Source of the DNA: Nitrospirales bacterium
Lineage (GTDB): Bacteria; Nitrospirota; Nitrospiria; Nitrospirales; UBA8639
DNA: 64,000 nt
Direction of reading: 5' to 3'
Assembly (NCBI GenBank): GCA_963555755.3
Contig: OY820905.2
Coordinates: forward strand, 3,936,001-4,000,000
In this document: positions 19,650-29,553 of the stretch, piece after piece
How positions within the stretch are numbered: the stretch's first letter is position 1
How the letters are laid out: the number at the start of each line of letters is the position of its first letter
Program-made: the position numbers and the translations under genes
Notes under the pieces: model-generated
Told to the model about the DNA's origin: nothing
Seen by the model: only the letters and a program-made list of their open reading frames with translations
The model's database searches: none

Positions 19650-20760
19650 TTACGATGTCTTCGAGGCCATCTGGTGTTTTAAATACGCTTCAATAAATGG
19701 ATCGAGCGCGCCATCCATGACGGATGCGACATTGCCCGACTCCTGGTTCGTTCGATGATCTTTGACCATTTGATAGGGTTGAAACACATACGATCGAATT
19801 TGGCTTCCCCAGGCAATGTCCTTTTTCTCACCAATAATATTTTGGAACTCCGCATCTTTTTTCTGCTGTTCGACTTCGTAGAGTTTCGATTTGAGTACCT
19901 TCATGGCATTCAACCGGTTTTGCAACTGTGAGCGTTCGTTCTGGCATTGCACCACAATACCCGTTGGAAGATGTGTCATGCGGATGGCGGTTTCCACTTT
20001 ATTCACGTTCTGGCCGCCGGCTCCACCGGCCCGAAACGTATCCACCCGAAGATCCTTGTCGTCAATCACAACCACCACTTCATCGTCGAGTTCGGGACAG
20101 ACCGAAACTGCGGCAAAGGATGTATGCCGGCGTTTGTTGGCGTCAAATGGCGAGATGCGCACCAAGCGATGCACGCCAGCTTCCGACTTCAAATAGCCAT
20201 AGGCGTATTCACCTTCAATCTGCAGCGTCACACTCTTAATACCAGCCTCGTCGCCAGGTTGTAAATCAATCGTGCTGACTTTGAACCCACGTTGTTCGGC
20301 CCAGCGAACAAACATGCGCATGAGCATTTGTGCCCAGTCTTGTGATTCCGTCCCACCTGCCCCGGGGTTGACGCCGAGAATAGCTGAGTTGGCATCGTGC
20401 TCACCGGATAGCAATTGCTCCGTGTGGAGTTGGTCGAGCACGGTCTCGAGTTCTTGAATGCCCTGGGTGAGTTCGAACTGAAGGTCGGGATCGTCTTCTT
20501 CACCAACAAGTTCCAGCGTGGCTTCGAGATCCGCTTGCTGGCGTTCAAAATCAGTGATGCGGGTCATCTCCCGTTCAATACTGGCTTTGCGGCGGCCGAC
20601 CTTGGTGGCCATTTGGGTGTTGTTCCAAAAACCGGGCTGAGCGCTTTCCCGCTCGAGTTCTTCTAATTCGTTGCGAAGCCGAGGCAGGTCAAAGACACCT
20701 CCGTAACTCTTGAATGTGGTCCCCGGTGGTTTGCAAACGAGATCGAATGTCCTCAAGCAT
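19650..20760 (-). CDS. prfB: Peptide chain release factor 2 with a programmed +1 frameshift
   Basis: ATG at 20760 ([10 protein letters not shown]...), then GGAGGTGT CTT TGA C site (CTTTGAC = 20694-20688); SPF and GGQ motifs. Confidence 0.96.
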
Positions 20761-20763
20761 GCG

Positions 20764-22386
20764 TCACTCCTTTGTGTCTCTGCGTGGTGAAGGGTATTGA
20801 AAGATGGTGTCTACCGCGGATGGTTTGCGGAAGAATCGTGTGAACAATAGCAAAAACACAGTCATTATAACACAGGCCCAGGCAAACACATCGCCAAATC
20901 GTGTGTAAAACGTTGAAGACGTGCCTAGTGGAATCGATCCAGTGATGGCTTGCTCGGTGAAAATGGGCGTGACGGCGATGATGTGTCCTGAAGGATCGAT
21001 GAATCCGGAAATGCCAGTATTCGCCGCGCGAGCAAAGGCCATTCGATTTTCTACGGCCCGAAACACCACCATGGCAAAGTGCTGGTACGGAGCTACAGTG
21101 TTGCCAAACCACGCATCATTCGTGATCGTCACCAAAAAATTGGAGCCTGCATGTGCCAGTTGCCGAACGAGATTAGGAAAAATCACCTCGTAACAAATCG
21201 CCACGCCGAATTGAACCTGTTGTTGGTCAGGCCCATGTGGAATTGAAAGCAAGGTCGGGCCTGGGCCTGGCTGAAAGTCACCAATGCCCACCACGAGTTT
21301 GTCCAGGAAGAAAAGAAATTGTTTGAGAGGAATGTATTCTCCGAAGGGGACAAGATGTTGTTTGTCATACCGCCCCGTGAGTTCACCGTCAGGCTGAAGC
21401 ACATAAGCGCTATTGAGTAAATACGGTCGGCCATCGTCATACCGACGAAGCGCCGGGCTTCCAAATATCAAGGGCAACTGCGCTTTCTCAACCATCTCCA
21501 CCACAAGAGACTGATAGCCCTGTTCCTGTTCGAACAGGAACGGTGTCGCGGCTTCAGGCCAGATGATCACATCAGCCCCTTCAGTCACTGTTTTCGTAAG
21601 TCGAACATATCGTTCAAGCGTGTCCACACGATACGCTGTGTCCCACTTGCGCGCCTGATCGATATTCGCCTGAACCACCCCGACGCGAAGTTTGGGTGCG
21701 CCGGAGAAGCTAGAAGAGTTGAGGAAAAAAAATCCGTAGAGCCAGACCACCAGTATAATCACGGTGGCTGCAGCTACGGGCTGCCAAGGTTGAAGAAGAG
21801 TGGCGCGAATCTTGGCCTTAGCCAAGATCCAACGGAGCAGAATAAAGAGCGCAACGTTGGCGAGAACAATGATAAACGATACGCCATAGACGCTGGTGAT
21901 GTCGGAAATTTGAATAATCGGAAGCCATTGAAATTGGGAGTATCCCAAGAGTCCCCATGGTAGGCCACTAAAAGCATAGGTCCGGAGGAATTCAAGCGAG
22001 ACCCACAAACACGGCGCCAGAATCCAGGCTACGTTGCCCCAGCGCTGCTCCATCCACACAAAGCCCCATGCATACATACCCACAAAGAGGCCAAGGTAGA
22101 CCGTCAGCAGAAACATGAGCGCGATGCTCATTGGAAGTGGGACTTGCCCATAGAGATGCATTGAGACCACGACCCAGTATATGGTCCCGGTGAACACGAA
22201 AAACCCAGCCAACCATCCCCGCCGAAAGGCCTGCCCAGACGTCACACCAATGAGCACCCGATGAAGAGGTACCAACGCAATCCAGGCAAGAATGCCCCAA
22301 TGAACACCCTCAAACAGGTTGGAAACGGACAGCGAATACCCTATACCCGTAAGCAGGCAATAGAACCACACACGTGTTTTCGACAT
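20764..22386 (-). CDS. lnt: Apolipoprotein N-acyltransferase
   Basis: [24 protein letters not shown] and TNDAWF motifs. Confidence 0.95.
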   Translation of the reverse strand: MSKTRVWFYCLLTGIGYSLSVSNLFEGVHWGILAWIALVPLHRVLIGVTSGQAFRRGWLAGFFVFTGTIYWVVVSMHLYGQVPLPMSIALMFLLTVYLGLFVGMYAWGFVWMEQRWGNVAWILAPCLWVSLEFLRTYAFSGLPWGLLGYSQFQWLPIIQISDITSVYGVSFIIVLANVALFILLRWILAKAKIRATLLQPWQPVAAATVIILVVWLYGFFFLNSSSFSGAPKLRVGVVQANIDQARKWDTAYRVDTLERYVRLTKTVTEGADVIIWPEAATPFLFEQEQGYQSLVVEMVEKAQLPLIFGSPALRRYDDGRPYLLNSAYVLQPDGELTGRYDKQHLVPFGEYIPLKQFLFFLDKLVVGIGDFQPGPGPTLLSIPHGPDQQQVQFGVAICYEVIFPNLVRQLAHAGSNFLVTITNDAWFGNTVAPYQHFAMVVFRAVENRMAFARAANTGISGFIDPSGHIIAVTPIFTEQAITGSIPLGTSSTFYTRFGDVFAWACVIMTVFLLLFTRFFRKPSAVDTIFQYPSPRRDTKE

Positions 22387-22439
22387 GACGCGGTACGGTA
22401 GGAGAAATGACTAAGAGATGCAAGGGAGGGGCATTCAAC

Positions 22440-22600
22440 CTAGAAACCGCAGTTGGATCACAAAAGTCCGCGCAAGCTCTTGGCGCACCTGGCACAATAC
22501 AAAAATGTCTCATCACCACCGAGGTGACCACGACTTTTTGTATTTCACCATGCACACCAATATCTTACACGTCTTTTTTGCGCCCAACTGCCGTTCCTAG
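22440..22600. mobile_element. MITE family R2 (CTAGAAACSGCAGTTGG...CCAACTGCCGTTYCTAG)
   Basis: CTAG-bounded TIR; copies at 23336-23762, 26610-26771, 57157-57199 (fragment) and 62666-62882. Confidence 0.82.
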
Positions 22601-22671
22601 GTTCAAAGACCCATCTGAAGCCGTTCTTAAAAAAGAGCGTGAGGGGAATTTTAAGGATTGAGAATTATGAG

Positions 22672-22761
22672 AAAATCTCCCCCAACCCCTCTTTTCCAAA
22701 GAGGGGAGCGTGGAGAGTCTTTCTTACTCCCCCTTTGGAAAAGGGGGACACAGGGGGATTT
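22672..22761. repeat. REP-like doublet downstream of the DUF559 gene
   Basis: aaaatctcccccaacccctcttttccaaagagggga + ~20 nt + tccccctttggaaaagggggacacagggggattt. Confidence 0.8.
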
Positions 22762-23147
22762 TAAGTTTTCAATTCAGAAGAGCTCGAAGCCAATTGCGAC
22801 GTGACGTGTTGGTAGATAGCCTCAATGACATTTTCAGTCTCTTGTAGCACTTGGCCGTTATGAAACCGCAGGACCGTCAACCTTTGATTGGCGAGAAAGG
22901 CATCGCGTTGGTGGTCTTTAACTTCGTGCTGGTGTTCGAAATGCTGTGCCCCATCAACTTCGATGACTAATTTTGCGGTAGGCGCATAGAAGTCCACGAT
23001 GTAATTCCCAATACGTGTTTGTCGGTAGAATTGGACTCCTTGGATCTGTTTTCTCCGTAAATGCCTCCACAATTTTAGCTCGGCCTCGGTCATGGATTTC
23101 CGAAGAGTTTGTGCCTGTTGCTTGAGTCGAGGGTTGTATTTCAGCAT
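22761..23147 (-). CDS. DUF559 (Vsr-like) endonuclease-domain protein
   Basis: LRKSMTEAE.KLW..LR, FYRQ..IGNYIVDFY, LVIEVDG.QH and D..RD..L....L.VLRF.N motifs; RBS GAGGA. Confidence 0.9.
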   Translation of the reverse strand: MLKYNPRLKQQAQTLRKSMTEAELKLWRHLRRKQIQGVQFYRQTRIGNYIVDFYAPTAKLVIEVDGAQHFEHQHEVKDHQRDAFLANQRLTVLRFHNGQVLQETENVIEAIYQHVTSQLASSSSELKT

Positions 23148-23163
23148 CAAAACCGTTCCTCAT

Positions 23164-23293
23164 TCCCCCTTAAGTAGGGGGATTTAAAAGGTTTGGAATG
23201 ATCGTAAAATCTCCCCTAACCCCTCTTTTCCAAAGAGGGGCGAAAAAAGAAATCATCTTTCCCCCTTAGAAAAAAGGGGACACAGGGGGATTT
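23164..23293. repeat. REP-like triplet upstream of the DUF559 gene
   Basis: Partial unit 23164-23185, unit 23206-23240 and inverted unit 23260-23293; direct repeat of the 22672-22761 flank. Confidence 0.8.
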
Positions 23294-23335
23294 AAAAGAC
23301 CTACAATCGCAACCACAATCTCGTCTAGCTTCAAC

Positions 23336-23762
23336 CTAGAAACGGCAGTTGGATCACAAAAGTCCGCGCAAGCTCTTAGGGTCCGTCACGAAATAACCGG
23401 GACAATTGGCCGAGACGATTTTGGAGCGAGCCAAGGAGCGAAGAGCGCGCATACCGGGAGTATGGAAGCGATGAGCGACGCCGGCGGAGCCCAAAAGCGT
23501 CCGGCCCTCCGGGGAGGCCCATCTTTGGCCCGGGGCAGCGTTGCTCCTCGGTCACATAGCCCCGCTAGGCTCCCTCGTCGCGCCTTGCCCCGATCACAAA
23601 TCTGGGCCTCCCAATTGTCCCGGTTATTTCGTGACGGACCCTGAGCGCACCTGGCAAAATACAAAAAGGTTTCATCACCAGAGAGGTGACCACGACTTTT
23701 TGTATTTCACCATGCACACCAATATCTTGCACGTCTTTTTTGCGCCTAACTGCCGTTTCTAG
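23336..23762. mobile_element. MITE R2 interrupted by nested MITE R4
   Basis: Both R2 halves align with 22440-22600. Confidence 0.82.
23379..23641. mobile_element. MITE R4 (263 bp) with perfect 31-bp TIRs
   Basis: GGGTCCGTCACGAAATAACCGGGACAATTGG at both ends; flanked by TTA and TGA. Confidence 0.88.
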
Positions 23763-23810
23763 GATCATGAATAGCCAGAATGGTAAATCATTCCAGGCTA
23801 ATGTAACAAA

Positions 23811-24719
23811 CTAGTTCAAGTGTGTGGTGAAAAAGTCCAGAACTCGAAGTTCGTAGGTTATCCCGGCAATGGCGTGGGCGTGACCGTGATCTGCCCCTGG
23901 AATGAGCCAGAGGGTGGTCAGTTCAGGATTCGCTTTGGCGAGAAGGGTCCGTGAATGATTGGCTGGAATTTGCGAGTCAGTCTCTCCATGGATGAGGAGG
24001 AGAGGGGTCGCAAGGGAGTGAATGGTATTTTCCGGCGATGCCTGATCTATGTCTAACCCTAACAACCCTTTGGCGTACAAACTAGTGAGGGCCACAATGG
24101 CCCAATTGAGAGGGCCGGGAATGAAGAAAAATTGGCTCTCCACGATTTTGGCGAGCGAGGCGAACGGACTATCCGCGACAATGGCTCGAATGCGTGGATC
24201 TTGAGCCACAATAAAGGTTGACCCACTCATGGAAAAGCCCATGGCCCCGATTCGAGTCGAATCGATATCCTTTCGCTGTTGAAGGTAGTCCAGGGCCGCT
24301 TGCACATCCAACTGTTCTCGAATGCCGACAGTGGTCATCCATCCGTCGCTTTCCCCGAAATACCGGAAATCTATCAACAATAAATGAAATCGTTGATGCA
24401 AAAAGAGAACGTGTCCCAGGATATTGGCTTTGTCGAACGGATATCCGTGACCGACGACAATAGTAGGAACTGCTTCTTTTTCTCCTGTTGCCTCCTGACC
24501 GGGTGCGCGTGCGAAAGGGGCCGCAGGAATAAACCAACCTCGGATGATGAGCTGATCCTTCGTGGTAAATGCCACTCGTTCATACGAAAGCCCAAAGCGG
24601 CTTGGATCGGCATCGGTTTTAAACCTGAAGGGGTGAATCCCTAATAGGAGGTTCAAAAGGGGAATGAGAAGCATGAATCCGAGAAAAAAGAGGAAATATT
24701 TATACATGGAGGATCGCAA
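23811..24719 (-). CDS. Membrane-anchored alpha/beta hydrolase
   Basis: GWFIP, DFR..GESDG, GFSMSG nucleophile elbow, LLIHG..D and GADH motifs. Confidence 0.88.
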   Translation of the reverse strand: MRSSMYKYFLFFLGFMLLIPLLNLLLGIHPFRFKTDADPSRFGLSYERVAFTTKDQLIIRGWFIPAAPFARAPGQEATGEKEAVPTIVVGHGYPFDKANILGHVLFLHQRFHLLLIDFRYFGESDGWMTTVGIREQLDVQAALDYLQQRKDIDSTRIGAMGFSMSGSTFIVAQDPRIRAIVADSPFASLAKIVESQFFFIPGPLNWAIVALTSLYAKGLLGLDIDQASPENTIHSLATPLLLIHGETDSQIPANHSRTLLAKANPELTTLWLIPGADHGHAHAIAGITYELRVLDFFTTHLN

Positions 24720-24853
24720 GTGTCGGGAGGCATTCAGAGTGAGGTTTGAGGTTCACCAAAGGAAACGTGCCGTTGGTAAGGGTCCGAGGGAAGCCATCCT
24801 TCAAGTGAGTGTCAGGGGCCGGCCTTTCTTGCCGTATCCGTCATGACGATGAA

Positions 24854-25121
24854 GGGTCGGTTGAATATTTCACGCCCTTGGCCAATACATGGTCGTGATA
24901 AGCAGACCATCATCAGGTGGAGGGAATGTTCAAAAAAGTTCGTTGTCTGACCCACCCTACCCAAGCGCGCCAACGGGCCTGCGGCCTTGCTGGACCTGGC
25001 TCCGCCGAAGCGGCTTCGCGAAGGCGAGCGGACCTTTTTGAACAGCCCCTTACGTCTGGCATCTTAGGTTATTGGAAAGTTGTCGGTAATTTGAAAAATT
25101 TTGGAATTATTCAACAGATCC
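24854..25121. mobile_element. Composite/degenerate MITE R1
   Basis: gggaatgttcaaaaaa...tttttgaacagcccc core with R1 arms on both sides. Confidence 0.65.
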
Positions 25122-25278
25122 TCCTTATGATTTTGCAGCTGCACGTAGCGATAGCATCCTCCAAACGGGGGGTCCGGTCAAGAGGTAAAATAGCCCCTGC
25201 GGCCTTGCAGAACTCGAGAGTCTGACCTAGGATGTCGTCACCAAATTTTACATTCAATTAATCTGGAGAAGTCCGTCC

Positions 25279-26199
25279 ATGCCTCGTGTCGTGTCGTTAA
25301 TCCCTAGCGCTACTGAATGGGTGTGTGCTTTAGGCGCACGGGACGATTTAGTGGGGCGATCGCATGAATGTGACTACCCTCAGAGTGTGACCGCTCTTCC
25401 CGTCTGCACATCCCCGAAATTCGATCCGCAAGGCAGCAGCCGGGACATTGATGATCGTGTTAAGAATCTTCTGCGTGATGCCGTTTCGGTCTATCGCGTG
25501 GATGTCCAACAACTCCGGGCCTTACATCCTGATTGTATCCTGACCCAAGCGCAGTGTGAGGTGTGTGCCGTGAGTCTGTCTGATGTGGAACAGATGGTCG
25601 GGGATTGGATAGGCACCAGGCCTTCGATTGTCTCGCTGTCGCCGAATCAGTTGCACGAGGTGTGGGACGATATCGGGCGAGTGGCTGGGGCTTTGGGTCG
25701 GAAGGAAGAAGGTGAGGCCTTATTGTCCACGCTTCGAAACCGCGTCGAGATCATCAGTGCACAAACCCGTCAGATTGGAGATCGTCCAACCGTTGGTTGT
25801 ATTGAATGGCTCGATCCTCTCATGGCCTCGGCCAACTGGATGCCCGAGCTGATCGATTACGCCGGCGGACAGAATGTGTTTGGTCATGCCGGTGAGCATG
25901 CACCATGGCTCACATGGGAGGCGGTTCAGAAGGAAGACCCTGATATTCTTCTATTGCTCCCCTGCGGCTTTTCTATCCCGCGGACACGCGAAGAAATTCA
26001 TCTTTTGACAGGCCAACCGGGGTGGAGTGACCTCAAAGCCGTGCAACAGGGGAGAGTCTATCTCACGGATGGCAATCAATATTTTAATCGTCCCGGACCT
26101 CGGCTGGTTGAGTCGGTGGAAATTCTGGCTGAGATCTTTCATCCGACCCTGTTTACGTTCGGGCACGAGGGAAAGGGCTGGGAGCGAGCTGTCAATTAG
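25279..26199 (+). CDS. Cobalamin/iron-siderophore-type ABC substrate-binding protein (BtuF-like)
   Basis: RVVSLIPSATE, VGRSHECDYP, CEVCAV and YFNRPGPRL motifs. Confidence 0.88.
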   Translation: MPRVVSLIPSATEWVCALGARDDLVGRSHECDYPQSVTALPVCTSPKFDPQGSSRDIDDRVKNLLRDAVSVYRVDVQQLRALHPDCILTQAQCEVCAVSLSDVEQMVGDWIGTRPSIVSLSPNQLHEVWDDIGRVAGALGRKEEGEALLSTLRNRVEIISAQTRQIGDRPTVGCIEWLDPLMASANWMPELIDYAGGQNVFGHAGEHAPWLTWEAVQKEDPDILLLLPCGFSIPRTREEIHLLTGQPGWSDLKAVQQGRVYLTDGNQYFNRPGPRLVESVEILAEIFHPTLFTFGHEGKGWERAVN

Positions 26200-26220
26200 G
26201 TTCCCGGGCAGGTCAGGTTA

Positions 26221-26367
26221 GGGTTCGCGCAAGAATCACTTCCCCTGGTTGGGTGCTGAGAAACCTGTCTGGCAAGGCGCGAGGACTACGCATATTCCTC
26301 GGTATGGAAAGGACGAGTACGGGGTGGATTGACGCCCAAACTGGGGGAGGTATTTTTGTACGAGCCC
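26221..26367. mobile_element. MITE family R3 (GGGYTCGCGCAAGAAT ends)
   Basis: 3-bp TSD TTA (26218-26220, 26368-26370); inverted relative to the copies at 30992 and 31222. Confidence 0.8.
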
Positions 26368-26556
26368 TTATTCTTGGAGGGGGGGCTTTCCCTCATCATG
26401 CTCATCGCTCAATTGCTTCACCCGTTCAATGAGCCGACCCAGTTCGTCCATGGTTCCGTATGCCTGGTTCAGCATTTCTTGAAAGCGATCGTGCTGATCC
26501 AGTTCCGCAAGGTTGCGGACAAGGCGAGCGTAACCATGGCGAGTGCGATCGTCCAT
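26368..26556 (-). CDS. Small hypothetical helical protein
   Basis: 62-aa ORF MDDRTRHGYARLVRNLAELDQ... with amphipathic pattern, between two MITEs. Confidence 0.45.
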   Translation of the reverse strand: MDDRTRHGYARLVRNLAELDQHDRFQEMLNQAYGTMDELGRLIERVKQLSDEHDEGKPPLQE

Positions 26557-26609
26557 TAGACGGGTCAAGGTCCCTTTGGGTGGTAGCGGTGGCGTGGGGT
26601 TTGATAATC

Positions 26610-26771
26610 CTAGAAACGGCAGTTGGATCACAAAAGCCCGTGCAAGTTCTTGGCGCACCTGGCAAAATACAAAAAGGTCTTATCACCAGATGAGGTAACA
26701 CGACTTTTTGTATTTCACCATGCACACCAATATCTTACACGTCTTTTTTGCGCCCAACTGCCGTTTCGTAG
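26610..26771. mobile_element. MITE R2
   Basis: Aligns with 22440-22600. Confidence 0.8.
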
Positions 26772-26913
26772 GAAAATGAACTCTTCTATATCCCTCTCGT
26801 CACTTTAGAAAAATTTCTTGCAATTGAGGAGTTGATTGCCATTTTTGAGATCTGTAGAATGCGCATCAATGTTGCCTCAAGAAATAAATGGCCGCAGAAC
26901 GTGGCCTAATCGA

Positions 26914-27546
26914 ATGAGGGGATTCTTGGATTATGTGAGAAAGACAGTGATAGTGGTGCTCCTGTTCGTGGGCCTGATCGGGAGTCTGCCTGCGCAATCG
27001 TTTGGTGCCGTGGAAGCTCAGAACATCATTGAGGCTGGGACCGTTGAGGTTGGAATCCAAGCGGGCTACTGGCAAGCATTCACGGGATTGGGCAATGCCG
27101 ATTCCTCTAACCGTAGTGCGGTCTTTGTCCTTCCACAGTTTGGGCTCGTCGTAACTGATAAAATTGAGTTGGGATATTTCAGCGGAGCGATTGAAGTCCT
27201 GGTCGAACCGGTCGCCGCCCAATTTTTCGAACCCTTTGATGCCACGTTGGCAGGGGTGTCTTTCGTGGGACGATATAATTTCCTGTCATTTGGGCGCTGG
27301 ATGCCGTATTTTGATTTTGGCGTGGGTCTGTCTTGGACCGACTTGGCCCCAAGGATCCCGGAACAAAGCACCCCGTTTGAATTCTTGTTAGAAACTGGTC
27401 CGGGCCTGCAATATTTCATTACGCAAGAAATGGCGATCACCGGCGCCCTTCGTTTGCACCATATCTCCAATGCCGCTTTAGGTGACCGCAATACTGGCAT
27501 CAATGCCATCCTCGGATTGATTGGATTTTCATATTACATCGATTAG
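26914..27546 (+). CDS. Acyloxyacyl hydrolase / PagL-like outer-membrane beta-barrel
   Basis: Signal peptide, alternating beta strands, C-terminal HHISNA...N.GIN motif. Confidence 0.82.
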   Translation: MRGFLDYVRKTVIVVLLFVGLIGSLPAQSFGAVEAQNIIEAGTVEVGIQAGYWQAFTGLGNADSSNRSAVFVLPQFGLVVTDKIELGYFSGAIEVLVEPVAAQFFEPFDATLAGVSFVGRYNFLSFGRWMPYFDFGVGLSWTDLAPRIPEQSTPFEFLLETGPGLQYFITQEMAITGALRLHHISNAALGDRNTGINAILGLIGFSYYID

Positions 27547-27579
27547 CCTGATGGTGCGCATCACTTCGTTTGACCATCA

Positions 27580-28167
27580 ATGAATCCCTTCCTGCCTTTA
27601 AGCACAGGCGCACGATTCTACGAAGAAATTGAACCTCGCCTCTCGGCCTTGGGTCTCGTTCGTGGACAGGCGACTCAAGCTAATCTCGTTCATGAGATTC
27701 AATCAACCTCCCTACCTGAACTGTTCGGCCAGAATGTGACGAGTGCTCCGATGGGGGCAGCCGTCAAAGCTGGCCTGTGTGTGGCCTTGGATGCGTGGGA
27801 TGACGCGCATGCCATTGCGCAAGATCTTGACACAGTTGAAGGCAGTTACTGGCATGGAATCGTTCATCGTCGGGAGCCGGATGCAGGGAATGCAAAATAT
27901 TGGTTTCGGCGCGTGGGCCAACATCCCGTCTTTCAACAATTAGGAAGTCATGAGACTCGTCAAACCCTGCCGGACACAACAGCCTTTGACCAAATCGTCC
28001 AATCTGGTTCGTGGGAACCATTTACCTTCATCGATCTCTGCATGGCATGTGAGAGGGGAAAAAAGACTGTACTCAATACGGAATTGCTGGCCCTTCAAAC
28101 CAAAGAAATCAAACTGTTGCTGAAGCATTGCATTCAAGGCACAATTGAACTCCAACTTCCCCCTTAG
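27580..28167 (+). CDS. Conserved hypothetical protein
   Basis: AH.IAQ....[27 protein letters not shown] conserved-looking motif. Confidence 0.75.
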   Translation: MNPFLPLSTGARFYEEIEPRLSALGLVRGQATQANLVHEIQSTSLPELFGQNVTSAPMGAAVKAGLCVALDAWDDAHAIAQDLDTVEGSYWHGIVHRREPDAGNAKYWFRRVGQHPVFQQLGSHETRQTLPDTTAFDQIVQSGSWEPFTFIDLCMACERGKKTVLNTELLALQTKEIKLLLKHCIQGTIELQLPP

Positions 28168-28277
28168 AAAAAGGGGGATTGAGGGGGATTTAACAATCCG
28201 TGTCTCCGTCATCAATTCTAGCTCAAGAAAAGCTCATCATAAAATCTCCCCCAACCCCTCTTTTTCAAAGAGGGGAG
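28158..28277. repeat. Pair of REP-like palindromes (DUF559-associated type)
   Basis: ttcccccttagaaaagggggattgagggggattt and aaaatctcccccaacccctctttttcaaagagggga. Confidence 0.75.
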
Positions 28278-28287
28278 TAAGAGTGCC

Positions 28288-29292
28288 ATGAATAGTCTGA
28301 CTCTTTCCCAAAATATCATTCAGAGGTTTTGCGCAGAATATCTCACTTCTGTTTCTCCGATCATTGAACATGCCTCAACAGTTTCGCTGGCACAGCGCTG
28401 GAATTTGCTCTTTCAATGTTCGATTCAACCCAAATCTGAGTTGATCGATCCGGAAGTTCAAACCATGTTGATGGACCTGTATCAGGTGGCGACCCTGGAG
28501 GACTTATCCCCAAAATATGTGGGCGAGGGAGAGCGCTGGGGGGCGATCATTTCCCCTCGAATCGGGACATGGGCAAGGAAACGCGTCGCATGTATCGATC
28601 ATTGGTTTGTCGCCAATCCGGCTGACTTTTTTACCATGCTCGATCGTGTGAAGACGGAGTGGCCTTTTCCCTGTGATGCCATTCAACTTCCTATTTCCCC
28701 GAATCATCGTTCGGTTTCTTTTCTGGCGGAGTGGCCTCAGGCATGCTTGGAAGAATGTGTGTATATCGCTGACTGGGGTGCTACACGACCACCGTTGCTT
28801 TCCTCCAAAGTGTTCAAAGAGTTTTCTTTTGTTCACGATCAAGATCTAGATGCCTGGTGGCCAGACTTTTGCCACCTGTTAGAGCCAGAGTCCTTGGGAC
28901 TTGAGTCTGAGAACGTAACAAGTCAGTTACGAAAAGGCATGGAGCGAAGTCTCCACAGTGGAGGCATTCTCAACGTATATGACCATCAAGGCCTTGCAGG
29001 CCATGTGTCGTGGTATCGAGGCAGCGATGCGGAACTACTCATTCCGGAATGTTGGCAGATTCACTATATCTTGGTCCGCCCCAATCTTCGTGGTCAGAAA
29101 GTCGCTCAGTATCTCTATGCCTTGGCCGCTCGACGCATGAAATTGGAGCAAGTTTCTCTCGTGTGTGCACGTGTGCAAGGTGCCAATTTTCACAGTAGGA
29201 AAGCGCTCAAGGCTGTAGGTGCTGAAAATGTGTTGGAGTATTACACATTCCAGAGCGACTCCCAGGAAAGGTCCCGAAATTTTCTGCATTAA
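28288..29292 (+). CDS. Hypothetical protein with a C-terminal GNAT-like domain
   Basis: ILVRPNLRGQKVA motif A and N..S.KAL..VG motif B. Confidence 0.6.
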   Translation: MNSLTLSQNIIQRFCAEYLTSVSPIIEHASTVSLAQRWNLLFQCSIQPKSELIDPEVQTMLMDLYQVATLEDLSPKYVGEGERWGAIISPRIGTWARKRVACIDHWFVANPADFFTMLDRVKTEWPFPCDAIQLPISPNHRSVSFLAEWPQACLEECVYIADWGATRPPLLSSKVFKEFSFVHDQDLDAWWPDFCHLLEPESLGLESENVTSQLRKGMERSLHSGGILNVYDHQGLAGHVSWYRGSDAELLIPECWQIHYILVRPNLRGQKVAQYLYALAARRMKLEQVSLVCARVQGANFHSRKALKAVGAENVLEYYTFQSDSQERSRNFLH

Positions 29293-29553
29293 ATTGTAAT
29301 TCCTTTTTAAAATGGGGTCAGACTCGATTTTTTGTCCGGGAAGGTGTTAGCGGAGATGAGGAAAAGAAAGTGGACCCGACCCTCGGGCTTGGGCGAAGTG
29401 GCTAGGAAGGCTGAAAGCCGTCGCTGACGCGCCAAAACTGCTATGGCGGAGGCGTTTCACGTTTTTTGGCTCTAACGCTTCAAGGCGCAAATACGCAGGT
29501 TGACCTTCCCGAGAGGGCGAGGGAGAAGATATCCGTGGTCGGGAGGGATGGTG

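Noticed and set aside
22407..22661. ORFs over R2/R3/R4/R8 repeats (also 23386-23768, 26426-26808, 30883-31397, 62482-63258)
   Set aside because: They lie on non-coding repeat families and have no protein motifs
22620..23293. Repeat-spacer pattern as a CRISPR array
   Set aside because: Units alternate in orientation, are degenerate, spacers are only ~20 nt, and there are no cas genes in the window
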